Origin: a virus
Taxonomy: Duplodnaviria > Caudoviricetes
DNA length: 26,211 nt
Strand: one strand, 5' to 3'
IMG/VR virus record: IMGVR_UViG_3300045074_000030
Span: 1-26,211 of that record
In this document: one piece after another, positions 1 to 8,438 of the stretch
Position numbering within the stretch: position 1 is the stretch's first letter
Layout: each line of letters begins with the position of its first letter
Program-made: the position numbers and the translations under genes
The notes under the pieces: generated by a model
What the model was told of the DNA's origin: nothing
The model's input: the letters and a program-made list of their open reading frames with translations, nothing else
Database searches by the model: none

Positions 1-2118
1 CTACCCGTTCACGATAGGCCGGACCTCCCAGGTGATTGCCATGCCGGGCCGGTAGACCACCTCGTTGCCGTACTTGATGCTGGCCTTCAGGTGTTCTGCC
101 AAGGGCTTGTCGTACTTTTCGATCTGCCTGATGGCGCGGTCGACGGCGTTGCGGAAGGCGTCACGGACGTTCTTGCGCTTGTCTCCGACCCTGCGCTGTC
201 GCCCGCCGAGGCCCTTGCCGCCCTCGATGTACTTGACCAGGGCCGCCATCTCCTTCTCGATTTCCTCAATGCGGGCGTGGTCATCACGTTCACGCGCTTC
301 TTCCATTTCCTCGAACAGTTCCCTCGCTTGCTGCTTGCACTCGTTCAGCGCACGCCTGTCCGCGACGTCTCCGGCGTCCCCCAAGGGGATACCCTGAGTC
401 ACTTGGTAGCCATCTTCAATATCCTCCGGAGCGATGCCGCTGCCGGCAGGATGTTCAATTGTGTTGACGGCATTTCCGACAGCGATCTCATAGACCGACA
501 TCTCTCGATCCGGAAACGCCAGCAGGAGGTTGATGTACTCCGCGCCCTTGTCGACGTTGAGCAGGCAGATGGTGTTGCGGCCCTGAAATCGCGTCTCCCA
601 GACCGCCCCGCGTTTGCGAAAGAAGTTCTCCGGCTGCTTCTCCAACGAAATCACCGCCGGTACCGAGTTCACCGAAGCGGACTCGTAGACCGTTCGCAGC
701 AGACAGTCGCCGGGCAATGAGCGCTCCCGGATCTGGGTGAAGTAACGCCGCCCGAGCTCGTCGAGCGCTCCCGTCACCTCGTCGGCGTGCCGCTTGTAGA
801 GATCGAATACCCGCTGCGCAGCCTGACCGGCGCTGCTGTAGTTCAGGTACTTGAGTACGCGACCGACGTCGGGGTAGCTGCTGACGAACTGTGTCACGTC
901 CGTCAGGTTCTTCACCTGGTTGGCTCGCTCCAGGTAGGCGGCGGCCATGATCTTGTCCTCGCCTTTGTCCCGGCTCTGGGTGAAGACGTCGACCTTGTAG
1001 TGCTCCACCGGGTCGTGCTGATCGGCCTTGGCGGCGAGAATGGCGAAGCGCCGGTCGATGCACTGCGAGCAGCCGCCGCAATGGGTGTGCTGATTCGTCA
1101 TCTCCCAAGTGTGCGTGCAGGTCATCGAGTGCTTGATCAAGTCGTGGCAGCCCGCGTCGGTGATGATCTTGACGACGTCGGCCTTGGTTTTCCAGATGTA
1201 GGGGTTCTCGACGGTGAAAGGCTCGCCTGCCACCAATGAAAGCAGGTCTTGGAAGCCTTTCATCACTCTCGGGTGCGTTGTCCTTGTGGCACGGCCACCG
1301 ACCACCTGAGCGCACACAGGAAGGTTCAGGCTGATGACGCCGTTCTCGTAAAAGCGGACGCTCTTGAGATTGAGCATCCGAGCAATCGTCGCGCCGATGG
1401 AGACGTACAGGAACGACCGGCTGCGCTGGGTGTACTCATGGTTCAGCTCCTTGGCTTTGTGCACGCGGACGCTGATGCGATGCGGCACGTTGTCGCCAGC
1501 CTTCTCGGCCAGCATCTGCTCAAGGGTGCGGTGACGCTTGTTGAGCTTGGAAGTGGACTTGTGGGTGACCAGGAGCACGCGTCGCTTCTGGTTCACGACC
1601 TCGTCGATGGCGCCTGCCAGCGAGTCCAGTCCGCCTGAAAACATCACCACCTGCTCCGGCTTTCCGTACACCTGCTGGGTGTCGTCAAACTGGAGGTATT
1701 GCTGGAATGGGTGCTCCTGGTCGAGCTTGACGAAATCGAAGCGGTATTGGTCGTCGGACAGGAATCCGAGCGTCGAGCACAACGTGTCCTGCACCTGCGC
1801 GCTGCTCCAGAAGTCCGGATCGCGCACCGGCACGACGAAATGCAGATCGCGCCGCCAGCCATCGCCAAAGGTATCGACATCGTCCGCGCCGCGCCGGATG
1901 ACCTGGTCGGCGCTGTAGACGTAGGTGGCGATCTCCAGCAGATCGTGGAACCGCGACGGCACGCTACTGAACAGCTTGCTGTGGACGTCCTCGATGCGCA
2001 GGGTGATGTTGCCGTGCCCCGGCCTGCCCGAGAGTCGGAGCCGCAGATCGCGCACAGGATCTTCGCTGATGCCTTGGGCGGACACGTTGCCGCAGAGTAC
2101 GTATCGCTTATCTTGCAT
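1..2118 (-). CDS. QueC/QatC-like PP-loop ATPase (7-cyano-7-deazaguanine synthase family) with additional C-terminal ~210-aa putative DNA-binding domain, 705 aa
   Basis: PP-loop VVMFSGGLDS; QatC-type motifs EYTQRSRSFLY, ENGVISLNLP, TRTTHP, NPYIWKTK; Zn site C-x12-CGGCSQC; about three times longer than housekeeping QueC. Confidence 0.85.
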   Translation of the reverse strand: MQDKRYVLCGNVSAQGISEDPVRDLRLRLSGRPGHGNITLRIEDVHSKLFSSVPSRFHDLLEIATYVYSADQVIRRGADDVDTFGDGWRRDLHFVVPVRDPDFWSSAQVQDTLCSTLGFLSDDQYRFDFVKLDQEHPFQQYLQFDDTQQVYGKPEQVVMFSGGLDSLAGAIDEVVNQKRRVLLVTHKSTSKLNKRHRTLEQMLAEKAGDNVPHRISVRVHKAKELNHEYTQRSRSFLYVSIGATIARMLNLKSVRFYENGVISLNLPVCAQVVGGRATRTTHPRVMKGFQDLLSLVAGEPFTVENPYIWKTKADVVKIITDAGCHDLIKHSMTCTHTWEMTNQHTHCGGCSQCIDRRFAILAAKADQHDPVEHYKVDVFTQSRDKGEDKIMAAAYLERANQVKNLTDVTQFVSSYPDVGRVLKYLNYSSAGQAAQRVFDLYKRHADEVTGALDELGRRYFTQIRERSLPGDCLLRTVYESASVNSVPAVISLEKQPENFFRKRGAVWETRFQGRNTICLLNVDKGAEYINLLLAFPDREMSVYEIAVGNAVNTIEHPAGSGIAPEDIEDGYQVTQGIPLGDAGDVADRRALNECKQQARELFEEMEEARERDDHARIEEIEKEMAALVKYIEGGKGLGGRQRRVGDKRKNVRDAFRNAVDRAIRQIEKYDKPLAEHLKASIKYGNEVVYRPGMAITWEVRPIVNG

Positions 2119-2896
2119 CGCTACTCGCTCCCATCTTCAACTCGTCCCTCATCTTCTTCAGCGCGTAGCCCGCGAATCCGTCCGACGATTTTCTGGAGAT
2201 GTCGCCGCCCTCGTGAAAGCGGTGCTTGGAAAACCACTCGCTCGAAAACTGCTCGACGATGAGCGAGGCTTCCCGGGTATGGATTTGCAGTGCGGCATTG
2301 AATTCGGCGGCCTGATTCATCGTGGCAAAACGCATCCCCTCGCCGAGCTGGGTGTTGACGACCTTGCTCAGGAAATACTGGAGACCCTCGTTGGCCAGCC
2401 GAGCGAAAAAGTGCCGTGAAAACTCGCCGAACTCCCGGGGCTTGCCCAAGTCGGCCAAGGCCGCACGCATCGTGTCCGGGTCGGAAGAGAACAGCGAATG
2501 CAGCTTGGGGGCGAGCACATCGTTGACGGCACCGACGATGGCCCGGTTGGCGAGCATGCCGAGATCGGAGCGCTTGCCGTTGCCTTCTACGCGCCGATCC
2601 AGCGCCTCGGTGATTGCCGTGGTCACATCGGTGAGCGAGGGATCGGCGGGGAGATGGATGCCCGCCGCGGCGAGATGCAAGAGGATGTCGGGCTTCTTGG
2701 CGGCAATCGCCATCTGCGTCATCAGCCAGACGGCCTCGGTGTAGCCGACATCCTTCATGACGAAGGAGAAAGCCTTTTCCGCCGCCGCGATGGTGGCTTG
2801 GGCGATCTGAGACACGTTGGCGCCAGCGGCGATCAGGCCGACGACCTCCTTCCACTCTTTCGTCCTTGGCAGAACCCCGAGCCGAACATGCCCCAT
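2108..2896 (-). CDS. QatB-like all-helical protein, likely partner/substrate of the QueC-like enzyme, 262 aa
   Basis: Overlaps the QueC-like start by 11 bp (translational coupling); size, Met-Gly N-terminus, helical character and position match QatB; purine-rich RBS GGGGGAAACAGG upstream. Confidence 0.6.
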   Translation of the reverse strand: MGHVRLGVLPRTKEWKEVVGLIAAGANVSQIAQATIAAAEKAFSFVMKDVGYTEAVWLMTQMAIAAKKPDILLHLAAAGIHLPADPSLTDVTTAITEALDRRVEGNGKRSDLGMLANRAIVGAVNDVLAPKLHSLFSSDPDTMRAALADLGKPREFGEFSRHFFARLANEGLQYFLSKVVNTQLGEGMRFATMNQAAEFNAALQIHTREASLIVEQFSSEWFSKHRFHEGGDISRKSSDGFAGYALKKMRDELKMGASSDAR

Positions 2897-2929
2897 CCTG
2901 TTTCCCCCGTAGAGATCAGTGCATCGCCG

Positions 2930-3163
2930 TCAATCGTCGCGCTTGATCACGACGATGCTGCGTGCCTTCTTTGCTTCCTTCCTCACATACCCCTTGCGCA
3001 CCAACTGTGTGATCTGTTCATGAGCGCTGGCGTGGCTGATCCCCAGCGCCTCGGCCAGCTCCTTGACGGTGGGCGGCAGGCCTGTGCTGTCGAGGATCTG
3101 ACAGATCGCCCTCAACGTCCTGGCCTGCGGCTCCGTAATCCCCTCGGTCTTTCGCTTGCTCAT
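2930..3163 (-). CDS. LexA-type winged-HTH DNA-binding-domain-only repressor, 77 aa
   Basis: ITEPQARTLRAICQILDSTGLPPTVKELAEALGISHASAHEQITQLVRKGYVRKEAKKARSI matches the LexA N-terminal domain pattern; no peptidase domain; AGGAG RBS supports the ATG at 3163. Confidence 0.85.
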   Translation of the reverse strand: MSKRKTEGITEPQARTLRAICQILDSTGLPPTVKELAEALGISHASAHEQITQLVRKGYVRKEAKKARSIVVIKRDD

Positions 3164-3194
3164 GGCTTTGCTCCTGGCCGATGCGTGCAATATA

Positions 3195-3216
3195 TGACCT
3201 GATGAATATCAGGTCA
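3195..3216. promoter_or_regulatory. Perfect palindromic operator candidate TGACCTGAT-GAAT-ATCAGGTCA
   Basis: 9-bp perfect inverted repeat with 4-bp spacer, ~30 bp upstream of the LexA-like gene in a divergent intergenic region. Confidence 0.7.
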
Positions 3217-3363
3217 ATGGAGGCGACCCGGCGCGAAATCTCTCCGAACCGGCTGCTGACCGAAGGTGCGTCGCCCCCCGCTCATGCCGGTTGAAACGGG
3301 ATACTCCGACCGCCGCTCGGGCATATTCTTCGTGACGGTCTGATGATTTCACTGGGTACCGAT

Positions 3364-3552
3364 ATGACCGTCGAACAAACACTCCCCGAATTGATGTCGC
3401 CCTGCGCCCGGGCGCGCGAGGCCGCAGCCATCCTTGCGGCCGCCATTGCCCGCCTGCATGCCACCCGCCCCTGCGACAGCGAGATTTCTCTTGGCTTCCC
3501 GGCAGCCGAGCGCGTTCATACAACCCCCTCTACAGAAGGAGTTTGCCAATGA
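3364..3552 (+). CDS. Small hypothetical protein preceding DUF2924, 62 aa
   Basis: Stop overlaps the next start (ATGA at 3549-3552); helical AREAAAILAAAIARL segment; start uncertain. Confidence 0.55.
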   Translation: MTVEQTLPELMSPCARAREAAAILAAAIARLHATRPCDSEISLGFPAAERVHTTPSTEGVCQ

Positions 3553-4004
3553 ATGCATCGACAACCGGCCCGTCCCTGGCGGCGCAGATCGCCAATCTGC
3601 CCAAACTGCCCATGAGCGAGTTGTGGGCGCTTTGGGACAAGTATTTCCCGCGCCGCCCGCCGCACCACAACCGGAACTATGTCGAAGGTCGGCTCGCCTA
3701 CAAGATCCAGGAGGAAGCGCTGGGCACCAAGCTCGAGGTGCAGACGCAGATGGCGCGCATCGGCGAAGCGCAATCGAAGATCAAGACGCAGCGCGGCGTC
3801 GAAGTACAGGTGGTGCCGGGCACCGTGCTGGTGCGCGAATTCGACAACCGCGAGCACCGCGTGACCGCGCAGGCCGACGGCAGCTTCGAATATGAAGGCC
3901 GCCGCTTCAAAAGCCTGTCTGGCGTCGCGCGCCACATCACCGGCACCCAATGGTCGGGACCGCTGTTCTTCGGCATCACCAAGACCAAGCGGGGTGGGAA
4001 ATGA
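3549..4004 (+). CDS. DUF2924 family protein, 151 aa
   Basis: Motifs ELWALW, RLAYKIQE, PGTVLVREF, FEYEGRRFKSLSGVARHITGTQWSGPLFFG; usual position upstream of a serine recombinase. Confidence 0.85.
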   Translation: MNASTTGPSLAAQIANLPKLPMSELWALWDKYFPRRPPHHNRNYVEGRLAYKIQEEALGTKLEVQTQMARIGEAQSKIKTQRGVEVQVVPGTVLVREFDNREHRVTAQADGSFEYEGRRFKSLSGVARHITGTQWSGPLFFGITKTKRGGK

Positions 4005-5368
4005 AAGCGGTGGTCACCAAGAAACGCTGCGCCGTCTACACCCGTGTGTCCACGGACGAGCGTCTCGATCAGTCGTTCAACTCGCTCGACGCCCAGCGCG
4101 AGGCGGGTCAGGCCTACATCGTGAGCCAGCGCGCCGAGGGCTGGCTGCCGGTGGGCGACGACTACGACGACGGCGGCTACTCGGGCGGAAACATGGAACG
4201 CCCGGCCTTGAAGCGCCTGCTGGCCGACATCGTCGCCGACCAGATCGACATCGTGGTGGTCTACAAGATCGACCGCCTGACCCGCAGCCTGACCGACTTC
4301 GCCAAGCTGGTGGAGGTGTTCGAGCGCCACAAGGTGTCGTTCGTGTCGGTCACCCAGCAATTCAACACCACGACCTCGATGGGACGGCTGATGCTCAACA
4401 TCCTGCTGTCCTTCGCCCAGTTCGAGCGCGAGGTCACGGGCGAGCGCATCCGCGACAAGATCGCCGCCAGCAAGCGCAAGGGCTTGTGGATGGGCGGCTA
4501 CACGCCGCTGGGCTACGAGATCAAGGACCGCAAGCTCGTCATCGAGGAAAAGGACGCCGAGATCATCCGGCGGATCTTCACGCGCTTCACCGAGCTGCGC
4601 TCGATCACCGACGTCGTCCGCGAACTCGCCCTCGAAGGCCTGACCACCAAGCCCAACCGTCTCAAGGACGGCCGCGTGCGCAACGGCACGCCGATGGACA
4701 AGAAGTACATCTCCAAGCTGCTGCGCAATCCGATCTACGTTGGTGAGATCCGCCACAAGGGGACGGTCTTTGCTGGGCAGCATGAGCCGATCATCACCCG
4801 GCAGTTGTGGGATCGGGTGCAGGACATCCTGTCCGAGGACGCGCACCAGCGCATGGGCAAGACCCAGACCCGGCACAAGACCGACGCGTTGTTGCGTGGC
4901 CTGATGTACGGCCCTGATGGTGGCAAGTACCACATCACCTACAGCAAGAAGCCCTCCGGCAAGAAGTACCGCTACTACATCCCCAAGGCCGACAGCCGCT
5001 ACGGCTACCGCAGCAGCGCCACCGGGATGATCCCGGCCGACCAGATCGAGGAGGTGGTGGTGAACCTGCTGGTGGGGGCGCTCCAGTCGCCGGAAAGCAT
5101 CCAGGGGGTCTGGAACACGGTGCGCGACAAGTACCCGGAGATCGATGAGCCGACCACCGTGCTGGCGATGCGCCGCCTCGGGGAAGTTTGGAAGCAGTTG
5201 TTCCCCGCCGAGCAGGTGCGGCTGGTCAACCTGCTGATCGAGCGCGTCCAGCTCCTCTCCGATGGCGTCGACATCGTCTGGCGCGAGTCGGGATGGCGGG
5301 AGCTGGCCGGTGAGTTGCAGGCGGACAGCATTGGCGGCGAGCTGCTGGAAATGGAGATGACCCCATGA
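4001..5368 (+). CDS. Large serine recombinase (resolvase + recombinase domains), 455 aa
   Basis: CAVYTRVST catalytic motif, DDGGYSGGNMERPALKRLL, VYKIDRLTRS, FAQFERE, LRNPIYVG; ATGA overlaps at both ends. Confidence 0.95.
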   Translation: MKAVVTKKRCAVYTRVSTDERLDQSFNSLDAQREAGQAYIVSQRAEGWLPVGDDYDDGGYSGGNMERPALKRLLADIVADQIDIVVVYKIDRLTRSLTDFAKLVEVFERHKVSFVSVTQQFNTTTSMGRLMLNILLSFAQFEREVTGERIRDKIAASKRKGLWMGGYTPLGYEIKDRKLVIEEKDAEIIRRIFTRFTELRSITDVVRELALEGLTTKPNRLKDGRVRNGTPMDKKYISKLLRNPIYVGEIRHKGTVFAGQHEPIITRQLWDRVQDILSEDAHQRMGKTQTRHKTDALLRGLMYGPDGGKYHITYSKKPSGKKYRYYIPKADSRYGYRSSATGMIPADQIEEVVVNLLVGALQSPESIQGVWNTVRDKYPEIDEPTTVLAMRRLGEVWKQLFPAEQVRLVNLLIERVQLLSDGVDIVWRESGWRELAGELQADSIGGELLEMEMTP

Positions 5369-5841
5369 ACCGCTCATCCAAGAAGCTGATCAGCGATGGC
5401 AAACCCCACGAGCGCCGCCACCCGCTGGAGGGAGGCGGGGTGCGCATCACCACCTTCGTTCCCCTCCATTTCAAGAAACGGGGCGTCAAGAAGGTGATCG
5501 TCGCACCGGAGGGCGTCAGCCAGCCGGTCGCCGTCACCGCGACGCCGGTGCTCACTCCCGAACAGGATCGCCCGCTGCTCAAGGCACTGGGGCGCGGTAT
5601 CTACTGGCAGCAACTGATCGACAACGGGACGGTGACCAGCGGCACCGAGATCGCCGAGCGCGAAGGCATCCACCGCTCCACGGTGAACGACCTGCTGCGG
5701 CTGGCGCTTCTCGCCCCCGACATCGTCCAGGCCGCCTACGAAGGACGGCTGCCCCGGGCGGTGTCGCTGGAGGCCATCCTGCAGGCCAAGGTGCCCTTGG
5801 ACTGGAATGAGCAACGTCGTTTGATCGCCTCCCTCGGGTAG
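5365..5841 (+). CDS. Recombinase-associated HTH protein, 158 aa
   Basis: HTH-like SGTEIAEREGIHRSTVNDLLRLALLAPDIV and terminal PLDWNEQR; translationally coupled to the recombinase. Confidence 0.75.
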   Translation: MNRSSKKLISDGKPHERRHPLEGGGVRITTFVPLHFKKRGVKKVIVAPEGVSQPVAVTATPVLTPEQDRPLLKALGRGIYWQQLIDNGTVTSGTEIAEREGIHRSTVNDLLRLALLAPDIVQAAYEGRLPRAVSLEAILQAKVPLDWNEQRRLIASLG

Positions 5842-5868
5842 CGGAGGGGCCGCGCAAAAAATTTTTCC

Positions 5869-5906
5869 GCTACGCCAAAAGTAGCTGTTGCTACGCCGGA
5901 TGTAGC
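5869..5906. promoter_or_regulatory. Two tandem palindromic operator-like boxes GCTAC-N7-GTAGC
   Basis: GCTACGCCAAAAGTAGC (5869-5885) and GCTACGCCGGATGTAGC (5890-5906), 21 bp apart, upstream of the early operon. Confidence 0.6.
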
Positions 5907-6001
5907 GCCTTCCCCGATGAAGGCGTGAACCGGCGTCAACGGCCAGTACAGGACTGGCCACCGGTCGCGTCCCCATCCCTGAACGGGAAAGGAGCACGGC
6001 A

Positions 6002-6313
6002 ATGGCCTATGAATTGGCACTGTCAGGCGGCGTCGGTGGCACACCGGACCGCAAACCCGGCGTCGGTTTCAGTTCGACGCCAACTTCTGAATCCACGGCG
6101 CTATCCGAGCGGCGCTTCCTCTCCGAGGCCGAACTCGCCCAACGCTGGGGCATGTCCCCCAAGACACTGACGCGCTGGCGCGGCCTCGGCCGGGGCCCGG
6201 TCTTCAACAAGTTCTCGAAGAAGGTGGCCTATCCCCTCGATGGCAAGAACGGCGTGCTCGATTACGAGAAGCGCCACGTCTATGCCTCGACGTCCGAACG
6301 TGTGCAGGCGTGA
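6002..6313 (+). CDS. AlpA/excisionase-like HTH regulator, 103 aa
   Basis: FLSEAELAQRWGMSPKTLTRWRGLGRGPVF; AAAGGAG RBS. Confidence 0.85.
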   Translation: MAYELALSGGVGGTPDRKPGVGFSSTPTSESTALSERRFLSEAELAQRWGMSPKTLTRWRGLGRGPVFNKFSKKVAYPLDGKNGVLDYEKRHVYASTSERVQA

Positions 6314-6323
6314 GGAGATGACC

Positions 6324-6803
6324 ATGAACGAACTCACCATCTTCCCCGCCGACATCGCCGCGATGTCCGTCAGCCAACTGGCCGCACTGCCGCCCGCGCA
6401 GAAAGCCGAGATCGACAAGAACCTCGATGCGGCCATCGACTGGCTGAAGAAGGCGCGCAACAAGTTCGATGCCGCGCTGGAGCAGTGTTACGGCGAGCAG
6501 GCCCGCGCCGCGCTGCGTGAATCCGGCCGCGATTTCGGCACCGCTCACATCAGCGATGGCCCGCTGCACATCAAGTTCGAGCTGCCCAAGAAGGTCAGCT
6601 GGAACCAGCAGCAACTGGCCGAAATCGCCGAGCGCATCGTGGCTTCGGGCGAGAAGGTCGAGGGCTACCTCGACATCAAGCTGTCCGTCTCCGAATCCCG
6701 CTTCACGAACTGGCCGCCTGCCTTGCAGCAGCAGTTCGCCGCCGCTCGCACCGTGGATTCCGGCAAGCCGTCGTTCCGGCTGGCCCTGGTCTCGGAGGAC
6801 TGA
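6324..6803 (+). CDS. Conserved phage hypothetical protein, 159 aa
   Basis: GAGGAG RBS 6 nt before the ATG at 6324; tightly packed in the early operon. Confidence 0.75.
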   Translation: MNELTIFPADIAAMSVSQLAALPPAQKAEIDKNLDAAIDWLKKARNKFDAALEQCYGEQARAALRESGRDFGTAHISDGPLHIKFELPKKVSWNQQQLAEIAERIVASGEKVEGYLDIKLSVSESRFTNWPPALQQQFAAARTVDSGKPSFRLALVSED

Positions 6804-6806
6804 ACC

Positions 6807-7565
6807 ATGAACACCCAACTGATCCCATTCGCCTTCGAAGGCTTGCCCATCCGTGTGACCACGGATGCACAGGGCGATCCCTGGTTTGTCGCGGCCGATG
6901 TGTGTGCCGCGCTCCATCTGCCCGATACCCACAAGGCCGTCGCCCGCCTGGACGATGACGAAAAGGGGCGGAATTCAATTCCGACCCCTGGCGGCGAGCA
7001 GGACATGACCATCGTCAACGAGCCGGGCTTGTACAGCCTCGTGCTGGGCAGCCGCAAGCCAGAGGCCAAGCGCTTCAAGCGCTGGGTCACGCACGAGGTC
7101 TTGCCGGCGATCCGCAAGACGGGCAGCTACGCCGTTCCCGGCGCACTGGCGGCCTTGCCTGCTCCGACGCACGACCGCGTGTCGGCGATCCTGCTGATCG
7201 GCGAGGCCGTGGCGAAAGTGCCGGGGGTCAAGCCGGGCATCGCGGCGGCGGCAACGCTGACCTGCATCCAGGAGAACACCGGCATCAGCACCGAGGTGCT
7301 GCGCCGCGCGCTGCCGTCGGCCAACGCGCCGGTCTGCGCGCTCAACGCGACCCAGCTCGGCAAGTTGCTGAACCGCTCGGCCAAGGCCACGAACCAGTTG
7401 CTGGCGTCCAGCGGATTCCAGTTCCGCAACGACCGCGACGAATGGGAACTGACCAAGGCCGGTGAAGCCTGGGCCGAGGCCATGCCGTACTCGCGCAACG
7501 GGCACAGCGGCTACCAGATCCTGTGGAATCCAGCGGTCGCCGAGCAGTTGAAGGAGGTGGCGTGA
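6807..7565 (+). CDS. Bro-N domain phage antirepressor-like protein, 252 aa
   Basis: PWFVAADVC, VNEPGLYSLVLGSRKPEAKRFKRWVTHEVLPAIRKTGSY. Confidence 0.92.
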   Translation: MNTQLIPFAFEGLPIRVTTDAQGDPWFVAADVCAALHLPDTHKAVARLDDDEKGRNSIPTPGGEQDMTIVNEPGLYSLVLGSRKPEAKRFKRWVTHEVLPAIRKTGSYAVPGALAALPAPTHDRVSAILLIGEAVAKVPGVKPGIAAAATLTCIQENTGISTEVLRRALPSANAPVCALNATQLGKLLNRSAKATNQLLASSGFQFRNDRDEWELTKAGEAWAEAMPYSRNGHSGYQILWNPAVAEQLKEVA

Positions 7566-8425
7566 TGGCACTTCCCATCGTCACCGCCGACCAGCGACTG
7601 GCCGAGAAGCGCGGCGTCAAGGGCGTGCTGATCGGCAAGGCCGGCATCGGCAAGACCTCGCAACTGTGGACGCTCGATGTCGCGTCCACCCTGTTCTTCG
7701 ATCTGGAGGCCGGCGATCTGGCCGTCGAGGGCTGGGCCGGCGACACGATCCGGCCGCGCACCTGGGCCGAGTGCCGCGACTTCGCCGTGTTCATCGGCGG
7801 ACCGAACCCGGCGCTGCGCGACGACCAGCCGTACAGCCAGGCGCATTTTGAGGCCGTCTGCGCCCGCTACGGTGATCCGACCCAGCTCGCCAAGTACCAG
7901 ACCCTATTCGTCGATTCGATCACGGTCGCCGGCCGGCTTTGTCTGCAGTGGTGCAAGGGCCAGCCGCAGGCCTACTCGGAGAAAACCGGCAAGCCGGACA
8001 GCCGGGGCGCTTACGGCCTGATGGGTCAGGAAATGATCGCCTGGCTCACCCACCTGCAGCACACGCGCGGCATGAACGTGTGGTTCGTCGGCATCCTCGA
8101 GGAGAAGCTCGACGACTACAACCGCCGCATCCAGCAGTTGCAGATCGACGGCGCCAAGACCGGCCTCGAACTGCCCGGCATCGTCGACGAGGTGATCACG
8201 CTCGCCGAACTGAAGGCCGACGACGGCTCGAGCTACCGCGCCTTCGTCTGCCACACGCTGAACGCGTGGGGTTTCCCCGCCAAGGACCGCTCCGGCCGCC
8301 TCGACGCGATCGAGGAGCCGCACCTCGGCCGCCTGATGCAGAAGATCGCCGGCCCCGCCCGCCCCGCGCCCGAGCGGCTCGACTTCACGCGCCCGGCCGC
8401 CGCCCCTCAAACCACCGAATGCTGA
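7565..8425 (+). CDS. AAA_24 / Sak4-like phage ATPase (single-strand annealing recombinase family), 286 aa
   Basis: Walker A GKAGIGKT, FFDLEAG, Walker B LFVDSIT, C-terminal AKDRSG..EEPHLG. Confidence 0.8.
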   Translation: MALPIVTADQRLAEKRGVKGVLIGKAGIGKTSQLWTLDVASTLFFDLEAGDLAVEGWAGDTIRPRTWAECRDFAVFIGGPNPALRDDQPYSQAHFEAVCARYGDPTQLAKYQTLFVDSITVAGRLCLQWCKGQPQAYSEKTGKPDSRGAYGLMGQEMIAWLTHLQHTRGMNVWFVGILEEKLDDYNRRIQQLQIDGAKTGLELPGIVDEVITLAELKADDGSSYRAFVCHTLNAWGFPAKDRSGRLDAIEEPHLGRLMQKIAGPARPAPERLDFTRPAAAPQTTEC

Positions 8426-8438
8426 GCAGGAGTAAACC

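Noticed and set aside
1-2118. Housekeeping queC or a phage dpd-type DNA 7-deazaguanine modification cluster
   Set aside because: The protein is far longer than QueC, carries QatC-type motifs, and no queD, queE, folE or dpdA/tgt gene is in the window.
3333-3356. Possible second copy of the LexA-like operator (CTGATGATTTCA)
   Set aside because: Only a 7-bp match and no convincing dyad symmetry.
3698-5377. 559-aa minus-strand ORF
   Set aside because: Antisense shadow of the recombinase in high-GC DNA; no recognisable motifs.
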